A stretch of DNA of 64,000 nucleotides from an uncultured Actinomycetota bacterium (GTDB lineage Bacteria > Actinomycetota > Actinomycetes > Mycobacteriales > Jatrophihabitantaceae), in assembly GCA_963703085.1 (NCBI GenBank), contig OY969789.1, positions 1,523,398-1,587,397 on the forward strand, written 5' to 3'. The position numbers and the translations under genes were made by a program. Positions 46,737 through 56,221 of this stretch are shown piece after piece (within the stretch, counting starts at the first letter, position 1; each line of letters opens with the position of its first letter). The notes under the pieces are model-generated. The model saw nothing but the letters and a program-made list of their open reading frames with translations, had not been told where the DNA came from and did no database searches.

Positions 46737-47198
46737 TCAGGGTCGCGGCGCTTCCGGCAGCGGATATGCCCGGCCCTCGAACTTCGTCGAGAGCACCACG
46801 GTGGTCCGGGTGCGGGCCACGCCGCGGATCCGGTTGAGCGTGCCGATCATCCGTTCCAGGCCGCCTACATCGGCGACGCGGATCTTGACGACATAGGACT
46901 CCTCGCCGGCGACGAACCAGCAGTCCTCGACCTCGGGCACGTCACGCAGTTCGGTGGCCACCCGGACCTCGTCGGCGTTCTCGTTGAGGAAGACGCCGAT
47001 GAGCGCAGCCATCGAGTAGCCCAGCGCCTCCGGGGTGACCGTGGCGTGATAGCCGGTGATGACACCGGAGGCTTCCAGCTTGCCGACCCGCTCGTGCACG
47101 CTCGGTGCGGACAGGCCCACCTGCCGGGCCAGCTCGGCGTACGTCGCGCGCCCGTTCGCGCGCAATGCATCCACCAGGGCCCGGTCCACCGCATCCAC
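46737..47198 (-). CDS. Lrp/AsnC family transcriptional regulator
   Basis: HTH: LVDALRANGRATYAELARQVGLSAPSVHERVGKLEASGVI. An AsnC-type ligand domain follows. Confidence 0.92.
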   Translation of the reverse strand: MDAVDRALVDALRANGRATYAELARQVGLSAPSVHERVGKLEASGVITGYHATVTPEALGYSMAALIGVFLNENADEVRVATELRDVPEVEDCWFVAGEESYVVKIRVADVGGLERMIGTLNRIRGVARTRTTVVLSTKFEGRAYPLPEAPRP

Positions 47199-47334
47199 CC
47201 GGGAAGGCTATCGGCCCGGCGCCGGCCCGGCCGCCCGGCCGAGTGCCCGGCCCCGTGCTCACGGTCCTGCGCTGCTCGCGCGCGCCAGATCAGGTGCCGC
47301 TCCGCCGACGGTATGACAGCGCGGTCGTCTAGCT

Positions 47335-48246
47335 CTACTTGTTGGTGCCTTGCGACACCGAGCCCTGCAACTGGCGCTGGAAGACCAGATACACCACGAG
47401 CACCGGCAGCACCGTTATGACGACGGCGGCGAACAGCGCACCGAAGTCGACCGAGTAGCCCGCTTGGGAGTTGTATGCAGCCAGACCCTGGGTCAGCACC
47501 GACCGGCGGATGTCGGTGTTCAAGGCGATCGGCAGCAGGTACTGGTTCCACAGGCCGACGAAGTTCAGGATCGCCACGGTGGCCAGACCCGGTTTGGCCA
47601 TCGGCAACATGATCGAGAAGAACGTGCGCCACTCCCCTGCGCCGTCGATGGCCGCCGCCTCCGCGATGGAGTTGGACAGGCTCTTGAAGAACGAGAACAT
47701 GAAGAACACGGTGAACGGCAGCGAGAACGCGCCGTAGGTGAGGATCAACCCGGGCAGGGTGTTCAGCAGGCTCAGCTGACGCAGGATGAAGAACAACGGG
47801 ACGATGGCCAGGAAGATCGGGAAGGTCAGCCCCGCCAGCATGAAGTAGTAGACGATCCGGCTGCCCGGGAACGGGAAGCGGGCCAGCACGTAGGCGCACA
47901 TCGATCCGAACACCATCGTCACGATCAGGCCGCCGAACACGACGATGAGGGAGTTCACGAAGTACGTGCCGATGTGCGCCGTCGACCAGGCATTGACGTA
48001 GTTCTTGAAGTTCCAATGCTTGGGCAGCGCGAACGGTGAGGCGAAGATCTCGCGTGATGTCTTGAACGACGACATCAACGTCCACAGCATCGGCAACACG
48101 ACGAGCAGTGACCAGATGGACAGCACGGTGTGCGAGAAGGCGCCGACAGCGCGGTCGCCGGCGGTCATCTCCGGGCCGGATCCAGTTTCCCGCTCGACCG
48201 ACTGTCCGACCCGCTCGCGCGCGGTCTCCGCTCTGGTGTCAGTCAC
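47335..48246 (-). CDS. carbohydrate ABC transporter permease (MalG-like)
   Basis: 303 aa with 6 TM helices. EAA loop: SIAEAAAIDGAGEWRTFFSIMLPMAKP. Confidence 0.9.
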   Translation of the reverse strand: MTDTRAETARERVGQSVERETGSGPEMTAGDRAVGAFSHTVLSIWSLLVVLPMLWTLMSSFKTSREIFASPFALPKHWNFKNYVNAWSTAHIGTYFVNSLIVVFGGLIVTMVFGSMCAYVLARFPFPGSRIVYYFMLAGLTFPIFLAIVPLFFILRQLSLLNTLPGLILTYGAFSLPFTVFFMFSFFKSLSNSIAEAAAIDGAGEWRTFFSIMLPMAKPGLATVAILNFVGLWNQYLLPIALNTDIRRSVLTQGLAAYNSQAGYSVDFGALFAAVVITVLPVLVVYLVFQRQLQGSVSQGTNK

Positions 48247-49241
48247 TCAGCCACCTCGTTCGTGCCGCCGGTGAGTCGGTTCACCGCAAAGACAACAGCG
48301 GCGAACAGCAGCGTGATGATCGCGACGATGACGCCCATCGCGCAGGCATAGCCGAACTGCTGCTTGACGAAGGCGGTGGCGAACAATCGCTGGGTGATCA
48401 CCAGCGTGGAGTTGTTGGGGCCACCAGCGGGGTTCAGCGCAGCCATGTAGACGAAGGCGTCCAAGGCGACAATCCCCATGTAGATCACGCCGGTCTGCAC
48501 GTTGTCGCGAATCATGGGGATGGTGATCGACACCGCGGTACGGAATCGTCCGGCCCCGTCGATACGAACCGACTCGTAGATCTCCGCCGGCACACCCTTG
48601 ATCGCCGCGACGAACAGCACCATGTAGAAGCCGACCAGGCTCCACACGATGACGAACATCGTCGCGATCATCGCGGTCTTCTCTTCACCCAGCCAGGCGT
48701 AGGACTTGAACCCACTGAAACCGATCCGCGTCAGCGTGCCGTTCAGCAGACCTGCGCTCGGGTCGTAGATCTGGTTCCACATGATGCCGATGGCGATAGC
48801 CGGGATCACGTAGGGGAAGAACGACACGACGCGGTACACGCTCGAGTTGCGCAGACCTCGCACCGGCCCCGTACTCGGCCCACCCACCGTCACCAGCGAC
48901 GCGAAGAACAACGCGATCGCGATCGTGACGACGGGCAGCACGATCGCCAGCGTGACGCTGTTGCGCACCGCCCTGCGGAAGACCTCGTCATGCAGCAGGT
49001 TCGAGTAGTTCTTGAAGCCCACGAAGTTCTTCGCCGACTCGAAGCCCTTCCAGTCGGTCAGCGAGTAGTAGAAGGCCTGCGCGAACGGTGAGATAACCAG
49101 CACGACGTACCCCACCACGGGCACGATGAGGAACACGAAGAAGAAGCTGATCTTGTCGAAGGTCAGGTCCTTCCGGCTCCACCGCCGACGCGCAACCTTC
49201 CGTTCGCGCGTCGGCGGCGGCGTGGTGATGCCGGCGGTCAT
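48243..49241 (-). CDS. carbohydrate ABC transporter permease (MalF-like)
   Basis: I trimmed the ORF to ATG 49241. EAA loop: PAEIYESVRIDGAGRFRTAVSITIPMI. Confidence 0.9.
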   Translation of the reverse strand: MTAGITTPPPTRERKVARRRWSRKDLTFDKISFFFVFLIVPVVGYVVLVISPFAQAFYYSLTDWKGFESAKNFVGFKNYSNLLHDEVFRRAVRNSVTLAIVLPVVTIAIALFFASLVTVGGPSTGPVRGLRNSSVYRVVSFFPYVIPAIAIGIMWNQIYDPSAGLLNGTLTRIGFSGFKSYAWLGEEKTAMIATMFVIVWSLVGFYMVLFVAAIKGVPAEIYESVRIDGAGRFRTAVSITIPMIRDNVQTGVIYMGIVALDAFVYMAALNPAGGPNNSTLVITQRLFATAFVKQQFGYACAMGVIVAIITLLFAAVVFAVNRLTGGTNEVAE

Positions 49242-49323
49242 GGGTTCCCCGCGGAGTTGATCGCGCCACGAAGACGCGACAAGCAAGCGACGGCGCGGGG
49301 GCGAAGAACTTCGTGGGGGGAAC

Positions 49324-50745
49324 TCATTTAACTTCGATCTTCTTTACCGACGGGTCCTTACGCACCTTGTCGACGATGGACTGCATGCCGTCGGTCAACG
49401 TCTTCACGCTGGATCCACCGGACAGGAACGTGTTCCACAACACCAGCAGGTCGTCGTTGACCCCGTAGTAGTCGACGAAACCCCAGGTGAACACGTTCGA
49501 CCCGGCGTCGGACAGCAGCTTCAGCTGCGACTTCAGCGCGGTGGAGCCGAACCCGTCCGCCGGCACGGTGTCCTTGACGATCGTCGGCGAGTGGGTCACC
49601 TTGGCGAAGTTCGCCGCAGCCTCCTGGGAGAGCATCGCGCGGAGGAACTCCTTGCCGCCGGCAGAGTTCTTGCCCTGCGACGGCACGATGAACTGCTCTC
49701 CGGCCGCACTGTGCAGAGCGGTGAGCGGCAGCTTCGAGTTGGACGTCACCGTCGGCTCGGCCGCTCCGGTCATCTCGAACCCGGACTTGGTCTGGGTCTT
49801 CATCTCGTTCTCGATCCACGACCCGGACGGGTAGAGGATTGCCTGCTGCGAGTCGCTCCACTGCGCCTGGGCCGCGGTGAACTGGGTGCCCGCGCCGCCC
49901 GGCTTGAAGTAACCGGCATCGATGATCTTCTTCATCCCGTTCAGCACCTGCTGCATCGGGTCGGAGCGGAAGCAGTCTGCCTTGATGTTGTCGAGGGCCA
50001 GGCGCACGTCGTCGCCACCCTCCTTGATCGCCGACGCGATGGCCATCGTCAGGTAATAGGTGGCGGCTTCCTTGCCCCATACGAACAGGTACTTGCCCTT
50101 GCTCTTGGCCCGGCCGCCCAGGTCGTAGGCCTCGTCCCAGGTCTTGGGCACCTGCCAGCCGTTCTGCTGGAACAGCGACTGGGAGTACCACATGCCGTAC
50201 ACGGTCAGGACGTAGTTGAGCACGGCGAACTTGCCGTCGTAGGTGCCCGGGGCCATCACGTTCGGGTAGAGCGTGTCCTTGATGACCTTGCCCTCGTAGT
50301 TCTTGGCGTTGACCACCGAGTTCAGGTCCTCGAGCTGGTCGAGCACACCGGCAATACCGATGTTGCCCTTGCCCGAGTCGTCGATGACGTCCGGCGGGTT
50401 GCCGCCGACGAAGCGCGGCTGCAGTGACTGGGCCAGGTTCGTGGCCGGGCTGACCTTGACCTTCACCCCGAGGCTGCTCTGCTTCTTCTCCACGACCGTG
50501 CCGGCGAACTGCGTGTAGGCGACGCCGTAGCCGCCGTTGAAGATCACGGCATCGACCGTGGAGTTCTTCGCCACGCCGAAGGGGTTGTCCGCCGTGACCT
50601 TGCCGGTGTCCTTCTTCTTGTCCTTGCTCCCACCGCCGGCGCAGGAGGCCAGCGCTCCTCCCAGCGGCACCAGGGCCGCCGCGGCCGCCGTGCCGCGCAA
50701 GAAGTTTCGGCGGTTCAGGTCGAGCCCGGTGCGTGGTTCGTTCAT
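49324..50745 (-). CDS. ABC transporter substrate-binding protein, N-acetylglucosamine/diacetylchitobiose (NgcE)-like
   Basis: 473 aa. Tat-type signal NRRNFLRGTAAAAAL plus lipobox ASCAG. The overall resemblance to the NgcE family is recalled from memory. Confidence 0.8.
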   Translation of the reverse strand: MNEPRTGLDLNRRNFLRGTAAAAALVPLGGALASCAGGGSKDKKKDTGKVTADNPFGVAKNSTVDAVIFNGGYGVAYTQFAGTVVEKKQSSLGVKVKVSPATNLAQSLQPRFVGGNPPDVIDDSGKGNIGIAGVLDQLEDLNSVVNAKNYEGKVIKDTLYPNVMAPGTYDGKFAVLNYVLTVYGMWYSQSLFQQNGWQVPKTWDEAYDLGGRAKSKGKYLFVWGKEAATYYLTMAIASAIKEGGDDVRLALDNIKADCFRSDPMQQVLNGMKKIIDAGYFKPGGAGTQFTAAQAQWSDSQQAILYPSGSWIENEMKTQTKSGFEMTGAAEPTVTSNSKLPLTALHSAAGEQFIVPSQGKNSAGGKEFLRAMLSQEAAANFAKVTHSPTIVKDTVPADGFGSTALKSQLKLLSDAGSNVFTWGFVDYYGVNDDLLVLWNTFLSGGSSVKTLTDGMQSIVDKVRKDPSVKKIEVK

Positions 50746-50764
50746 TGCTTTCCTCCGAGGTGGG

Positions 50765-51556
50765 TCATGCCGACCGGCGGATGCGGCCGGTGTAGCGAGC
50801 TTCCAGTGCGGTGTTGTGTGCGTCGCCTTCGGGAATGTTGGCGGAAAGATAGACCAGTAGTTCGTCTCCGGACGCGATCTGCCGGCGCAGTACCTCGGCG
50901 ATGATCATCTGCGCGAGCAGCGCAGCGGTGATCGAGGAGATGCCACAGGCGAAGCCGCCGTCGGGCAGCGGCAGCACCGCATCACCGAAGGGCGCACCGT
51001 TGTCGAGGACCACGGTGGCGATGTCCTTCAGTTTCTTGCCGGACGGGTGTCGGGATTCCACCACATCGGTGTGCGCCGCGGACGTGATCGCGATGATCGG
51101 GTGGCCGGCATCAGCGACGATCGACGCGAACTCCACGACGGAGCCGTTGATGCCGGAGTTGGACGCGATCACCAACACGTCATCCGGGCCGATCGGCGCC
51201 AGGTCGTAGATTTCCTGGGCGATCGCCGGGTCACGCTCCAGCTTGTCGTCGCGCAGCTGCTGCGGGGTCCGGTCGCCGTACATCACCACGTCGCGCAGGC
51301 TGATCATGTTCGTCGGGATGAGCCCGCCGGCGCGACCCGCGATCTCCATCGCCAAGGCCTGGGAGTGCCCGGAACCGAAGGCATGCACCACCCCGCCGCT
51401 GCGGACCGCGGTAACGATCAGCTCCGCCGCTGCAGCGATACCCGATTGTTGCGTCGCGGCGACGTAATCGATCCGCTCGCGGGCGACATCGACGAACGCT
51501 TGAGCACTGACGCCCGTCTCCGCGACGATCTGATCAGTCATGGGCAGCTCGGTCAC
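50765..51556 (-). CDS. SIS domain protein (UPF0309 sugar isomerase-like family)
   Basis: 263 aa. Contains GGVVHAFGSGHSQALAMEI and VLVIASNSGINGSVVE. Confidence 0.85.
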   Translation of the reverse strand: MTELPMTDQIVAETGVSAQAFVDVARERIDYVAATQQSGIAAAAELIVTAVRSGGVVHAFGSGHSQALAMEIAGRAGGLIPTNMISLRDVVMYGDRTPQQLRDDKLERDPAIAQEIYDLAPIGPDDVLVIASNSGINGSVVEFASIVADAGHPIIAITSAAHTDVVESRHPSGKKLKDIATVVLDNGAPFGDAVLPLPDGGFACGISSITAALLAQMIIAEVLRRQIASGDELLVYLSANIPEGDAHNTALEARYTGRIRRSA

Positions 51557-51717
51557 CTGGGAGATGATGCACTGGATGTGGGCTCCCGTCCTATGCTTCC
51601 AGCCGGCCGGTCCGGGGGATACTCCGTCGGCTGGTCGACCCGCTGCCCCGCCCGGGCACCGGCATTTCTGCGCGCCGCGTCCGCGGCACTGATTGGGTGT
51701 CTACACGACCTGCCGAA

Positions 51718-51733
51718 ATTTGTCTATACCACT
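51718..51733. promoter_or_regulatory. DasR-responsive-element (dre)-like operator candidate
   Basis: ATTTGTCTATACCACT matches the Streptomyces dre consensus A(C/G)TGGTCTAGACCA(C/G)T at 13/16 positions. It lies in the divergent SIS-operon/kinase promoter region, 32 nt before the kinase start. A weaker site, GGGTGTCTACACGACC, is at 51695-51710. Confidence 0.4.
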
Positions 51734-51764
51734 TTGCCGTGGTCGGCCCTAAGGTAGACGAATC

Positions 51765-52760
51765 GTGATGCAGCCACTGGTATGCGGGGCCGACCTCGGT
51801 GGCACCAGCACCCGGGTCACCACCGCCGACCTGGCCGGAAACCGTCTTGGCGTGGGGCGGGCCGGCGGCGGAAATCCAACGACGCACGGGGTAACAGCGG
51901 CGGCCGAATCACTCGCGGCAGCACTGCGCGCTGCGCTGCAGGGGCTCGACCCGGCCCGGGTGGTGGCGCTGGTGCTCGGGCTGGCCGGCGGTGGCGCGCT
52001 CGCCGACCCGCGCGCCGCGGCCGGGTACGCCGAGATGCTGCGCTCGATCGGCGTGCTGGCTGCGCCGGTGGTGGTCGGCGACGGGTTGTGCGCCTTCGCG
52101 TCGGCGACGCCCGAGCCGGACGGGACGGTGTTGCTGGCCGGTACCGGCGCCGCCGCCGCGCGCATCCGGGATCACGATCTGCGCGAGACTGCCGACGGCC
52201 TGGGGTGGCTGCTGGGCGACGAGGGGTCGGCGTACTGGATCGGCCGGGAAGCGCTGCGCGCGGTGCTGGCGGAGGTGGGCGGGGTCGGCGCGCCCTCGAT
52301 CCTGCGCGCCGAGGTGTGTGGTGCGCTGCTGGGCCGCGCGCCCGGCGACGCCATGCGCGACCGCAACGAGCTGATCAACGCCGCGGCCGCCGGCCCACCG
52401 ATCCGGCTGGCCACGCTGGCCACCCTCGTCGTGGCCGGTGAACAGCATGGCGACGACGTCTGTGCGGGCATCTGCGACCGTGCCGCCGAGCTGCTCTGCG
52501 CGACGGTCAGCGCGGTGCGCGACGCCGACGAGAACACCCCGATCGTCGTCAATGGCGGCGTCGTGCGCTCGGCCGTATCGCCGGTCGGGTCACGGGTTCG
52601 CGCGTTGCTCAGCGCCCGGTTCGCCGGACCTGTGCTGGCACCCACGGACGGCACCATCGGGGCGGCGTGGCTCGGCATCAGGGCGGTGGATCCGGGCGGT
52701 GACCTCGAGGCAGCGCACCGGCGCCTGCGCGATTCGGCGGAACCGGCGGCAACTCAGTGA
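51765..52760 (+). CDS. BadF/BadG/BcrA/BcrD ATPase family protein (N-acetylglucosamine kinase-like)
   Basis: 331 aa. ASKHA phosphate-1 motif GADLGGTSTRV and later GTGAAA. The start is GTG 51765 or ATG 51768. Confidence 0.85.
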   Translation: MMQPLVCGADLGGTSTRVTTADLAGNRLGVGRAGGGNPTTHGVTAAAESLAAALRAALQGLDPARVVALVLGLAGGGALADPRAAAGYAEMLRSIGVLAAPVVVGDGLCAFASATPEPDGTVLLAGTGAAAARIRDHDLRETADGLGWLLGDEGSAYWIGREALRAVLAEVGGVGAPSILRAEVCGALLGRAPGDAMRDRNELINAAAAGPPIRLATLATLVVAGEQHGDDVCAGICDRAAELLCATVSAVRDADENTPIVVNGGVVRSAVSPVGSRVRALLSARFAGPVLAPTDGTIGAAWLGIRAVDPGGDLEAAHRRLRDSAEPAATQ

Positions 52761-53332
52761 GGAGGCACATCAGTACCGCCGACCGTAGGTCCAGGCGGTC
52801 GCGTCCTTGCCGAGCTTGCGAGGCCGGCGCCATAGGCCTTGCGCAACTTCCGCTCGGTCCGCTCGTTCATCCCGACCCGACGACGCTGCAACGCCCACGG
52901 CGCGACGGCGCGCAGCACCTTGCGCATGGGGTAGTCCAGCTGCGAAATCACCACGATGCCCTCATACCGTGGGAAGAGCGACCACTTGCGCTTGACCGAG
53001 CGGATGTCGGCGCTCACCAACGAGAACGAGGCCCCCGACCGGCCGCCCCTGGAGTAGTTCACCTGTTCCACCCGGTGCAGAGCCAGCGGCGGCTCCCAGC
53101 CGTGCAGGCCGCGGACCCGCAGCTCCCTGTCATCGAAGACGAGGCGCCCCCGCCAGAGGCTGACGAACCATGGGGCGAACAAGGCAACGACAACCAGCCC
53201 GAAGATGCCCAGCGCGACCGTGCCCTGGACGAAGCCGGCGACCGCGATGGCCAGGAAGCCTGCCTCGATCAGCAGGAATGCGATCCGCATCCACAGCTGG
53301 GTCTTGATCACGGTGGGTGCCACGGCCGTCAT
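52754..53332 (-). CDS. hypothetical membrane protein (two TM helices plus possible bacterial PH-like domain)
   Basis: 192 aa. TM helices WMRIAFLLIEAGFLAIAVAGFV and LGIFGLVVVALFAPWFV. I recognised no family motif. Confidence 0.55.
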   Translation of the reverse strand: MTAVAPTVIKTQLWMRIAFLLIEAGFLAIAVAGFVQGTVALGIFGLVVVALFAPWFVSLWRGRLVFDDRELRVRGLHGWEPPLALHRVEQVNYSRGGRSGASFSLVSADIRSVKRKWSLFPRYEGIVVISQLDYPMRKVLRAVAPWALQRRRVGMNERTERKLRKAYGAGLASSARTRPPGPTVGGTDVPPH

Positions 53333-53370
53333 TCAAGCAGCCAGGCCGTCGAGCCAAGGACCGCGACCCG

Positions 53371-55275
53371 ATGACCGAACTACGTCAGGAACTGCTCACC
53401 CTGCCAGCTGCCGAGCTGGGCGCGGACAACCCGCTGCCGGCCCTGCGCCCGCTCGGGACGCTGGCCGAGTTGACCAACGTGGACGAGCTGGCCGCTGATA
53501 TGGCGGAGCGGATCCGGTACGGGCGGTTGCGAACCCTGCTGCCGTATTCCGTTCAGGACGGCTACGGCCGCCCGCGCACCGAGCGCGCCATCGCCACCGT
53601 CGTGCTGGAGAACGAGCACCTGCGGGCGACGGTGCTACCGGAATTCGGCGGCCGGCTGTGGTCCTTGGTCGACCGCGCCACCGACCGCGAGTTGCTGTTT
53701 TGCAACGGGGTGCTGGCCTTCGCCAACCTCGCCTTGCGCGGGGCTTGGTTCGCCGGTGGGGTGGAATGGAATCTCGGGTCGACGGGGCACAGCACGCTCA
53801 CCTGCGCGCCCCTGCACGTCGCGCGCGTCGCCACTGCGGACGGCGACCCCGTGCTACGGCTGTGGGAGTGGGAACGCTCCCGCGATCTGGTCTTCCAAGT
53901 CGACCTGCGCCTGCCTCCCGGGGCGCGCTGCCTCTACGTCAACGTGCGGGTGCGCAACCCGAACGACGACGCCGAGGTGCCGCTGTACTGGTGGTCGAAC
54001 ATGGCGGTACCGCAGCGCCCGAAGACCCGCGTGCTCGCACCGGCAACCGCCGCCTGGCGGTCCGGCTACACCGGCCGGCTCGAGTATGTAGCAGTCCCGG
54101 TACCGGACGACGGGGACGCCAGCTACCCGGCCCAGGCGCCGCGTGCCGCCGACTACTTCTTCGACATCGACCCGTCCCGGCGGCCGTGGATCGCTGCCCT
54201 GGACGAACACGGCTACGGCCTGGCGCACACGTCGACGGCGGCGCTGCGCGGCCGCAAGCTGTTCTGTTGGGGCGCCAGCGCCGGCGGCAGGCGTTGGCAG
54301 GAATGGCTGACCGGCCCGGACGCGGAGTACGCAGAGATCCAGGCCGGGCTGGCCACCACCCAACTGGAGCACGTCCGGCTCGGCGCCGGTGCGGAGTTGT
54401 GCTGGACCGAGGCCTATGGCCCGGTCCAGGTGTCCGAGCCCGCGGCGGAATGGCAGCAGGCGTGCGCGGCGCTGGAGAGTGCCCTGGCCGACGTGGTGAC
54501 GCCGGCAGAGGTGGATGCGGCACATACGGCGTGGCGCGCTGCGGTGGCCGACACCGAGCCCGCCGAGCTGCTGGCGACCGGCTCGGGATGGGGTGCGCTG
54601 GAACTGCGGGCCCGCGCCGCGGACGCGCTGCCCGGAACGCCGTTCGCCGCGCCGACGCGGCCCACGCCGGCAGAGCAGGTCTTCGCGGCACTGCTCGACA
54701 CCGGGTCCCTGCCATCGCTGGACCCGGCCGAACCGCCGCCGCTGCCGCCGATCACCGAGCACTGGCAGCGCCGCCTCGCCGGCGCCGGATCCGGCTGGCT
54801 TGCCCAGCTGTACCGGGGGTTGGCGCTGGCCGCCACCGGTGACGACGCTGCCGCGCGTAGCGCCCTGACCGCCTCGCTGCTCGACCGGCGCACCGCTTGG
54901 GCGCTGCATGCATTGGCGCTGCTGCCGGGAGCGGATCGCTGCGGGTTGCTCGCCGAGGCGGTCACGCTGGCTGCGGACTGTGCGCCGCTGCGGCTGGCCC
55001 TTGCCGTGGCTCAGCTCGAGGACGGCGACCCGTCCGGCGCGCTCGCCACGCTGGACGGCTTCCCCGGCGACGATCCGCGGTTCGGTCGCAGCTGCCTGCT
55101 GCGGGCGCGCGCGCTGGTGGCGGCCGGGGACCTCGACGCCGCGGCTAGTGTCTTTGCTGCCGGGTTCGAGATGGCCGACATCCGCGAGGGGTCCGACGAA
55201 CTCACCGCAACCTGGCGGGCGGTCGCGGGCGACGCTCCGCTGCCGGCACGGTACGACTTCCGGATGAAGAGCTGA
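53371..55275 (+). CDS. DUF5107 domain protein with C-terminal TPR-like region
   Basis: I trimmed the ORF to ATG 53371. LPYSVQDGYGR, LENEHLRATVLPEFGGRLWSL and GGVEWNLG...H resemble the DUF5107 family, recognised from memory. The Ala/Leu-rich helical C-terminus is TPR-like. Confidence 0.75.
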   Translation: MTELRQELLTLPAAELGADNPLPALRPLGTLAELTNVDELAADMAERIRYGRLRTLLPYSVQDGYGRPRTERAIATVVLENEHLRATVLPEFGGRLWSLVDRATDRELLFCNGVLAFANLALRGAWFAGGVEWNLGSTGHSTLTCAPLHVARVATADGDPVLRLWEWERSRDLVFQVDLRLPPGARCLYVNVRVRNPNDDAEVPLYWWSNMAVPQRPKTRVLAPATAAWRSGYTGRLEYVAVPVPDDGDASYPAQAPRAADYFFDIDPSRRPWIAALDEHGYGLAHTSTAALRGRKLFCWGASAGGRRWQEWLTGPDAEYAEIQAGLATTQLEHVRLGAGAELCWTEAYGPVQVSEPAAEWQQACAALESALADVVTPAEVDAAHTAWRAAVADTEPAELLATGSGWGALELRARAADALPGTPFAAPTRPTPAEQVFAALLDTGSLPSLDPAEPPPLPPITEHWQRRLAGAGSGWLAQLYRGLALAATGDDAAARSALTASLLDRRTAWALHALALLPGADRCGLLAEAVTLAADCAPLRLALAVAQLEDGDPSGALATLDGFPGDDPRFGRSCLLRARALVAAGDLDAAASVFAAGFEMADIREGSDELTATWRAVAGDAPLPARYDFRMKS

Positions 55276-55295
55276 GCCGCGCAGAGGGGTTGTCG

Positions 55296-55793
55296 ATGAA
55301 GATCAACATCAACGGCACGGAGTACGACTCCTGGGACGACGTCCCCGCGGAGTTGCGCGGCACTCTGCAGGGCGCGCTGCCGGATGCCAACCACGACGGT
55401 GTCCCTGACCTCTTCCAGGGCGGCCCGCTGCCCACCGAGTCGATCGTGCGCAGCTCGACCACGATCGCCATCGGGGACAAGACCTACAACTCCATCGACG
55501 AGGTACCCGAGCCGCTGCGCGAGACGCTCCGCCGGTCCGGGTTGTTCGCGCAGCCGGGCAGCGGCCAGGGCAGCGCTCAGCCTGTCGACGCCGGGACCCA
55601 ACCGGGTCAGCCGCCGGTGTCGCAACCGGTCGCGCAGCCGGCAACCGGCCAGCCGGCATACCCGCCGCAGCCTGCCCAGCTGGCCTACCAAGAACCGCCG
55701 CAGATCTCCGGTGGGATGGTCACTCTGAACGGCCAGCCCTACGACCCGAACCAGCCGGAGAAGAAGCGGCACTGGTGGAGTCGCAAGGGCTGA
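55296..55793 (+). CDS. hypothetical protein with duplicated NGxxYxSxD(D/E)VPxxLRxTL motif and Gln/Pro-rich linker
   Basis: ATG 55296 has GAGGGG 6 nt upstream. GC3 is high. I recognised no family. Confidence 0.6.
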   Translation: MKININGTEYDSWDDVPAELRGTLQGALPDANHDGVPDLFQGGPLPTESIVRSSTTIAIGDKTYNSIDEVPEPLRETLRRSGLFAQPGSGQGSAQPVDAGTQPGQPPVSQPVAQPATGQPAYPPQPAQLAYQEPPQISGGMVTLNGQPYDPNQPEKKRHWWSRKG

Positions 55794-55838
55794 CCCAGCC
55801 GGCGGGCGATCCGCGGTCCGGCGTCCTACTCTTGGCGG

Positions 55839-56207
55839 GTGCTCTTCTTCGCCGGTGGTGTACTGGGGTTGCTGGCGGTCGCCTTCTGGTTGTTCGGCGT
55901 CTTCGACGCGTTGACTGCGCCGGCCGACAAGGTGCGGGCCATGCAGAAGCCGCTCTGGATCCTGGTCGCCCTCATCGGGCTGGACCTCGGTGCGGTGCTC
56001 TGGTTCGTCTTCGGCAGACCTCGGGTCGGTGTGCCCGGTCTGGAGCAGCGGGATCGCCGGTCGGACATGTGGGGCGGTGCCTTCGAGCGGCCGCAACGCC
56101 CGTCGTCACGGCCCGGTGCGAAACGACCGATCGCGCCGGATGACGACCCGGAGTTTCTCCGCAGCCTCAACAAGCCGCGGCCCGAGGACGACGTCCCGCC
56201 TGGCTGA
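55839..56207 (+). CDS. PLD nuclease N-terminal (PLDc_N) domain membrane protein
   Basis: 122 aa. Two TM helices with the W..VA.....G..LWF.FGRP signature (LWILVALIGLDLGAVLWFVFGRP). Confidence 0.75.
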   Translation: MLFFAGGVLGLLAVAFWLFGVFDALTAPADKVRAMQKPLWILVALIGLDLGAVLWFVFGRPRVGVPGLEQRDRRSDMWGGAFERPQRPSSRPGAKRPIAPDDDPEFLRSLNKPRPEDDVPPG

Positions 56208-56221
56208 GTCGCGCGACGCGC

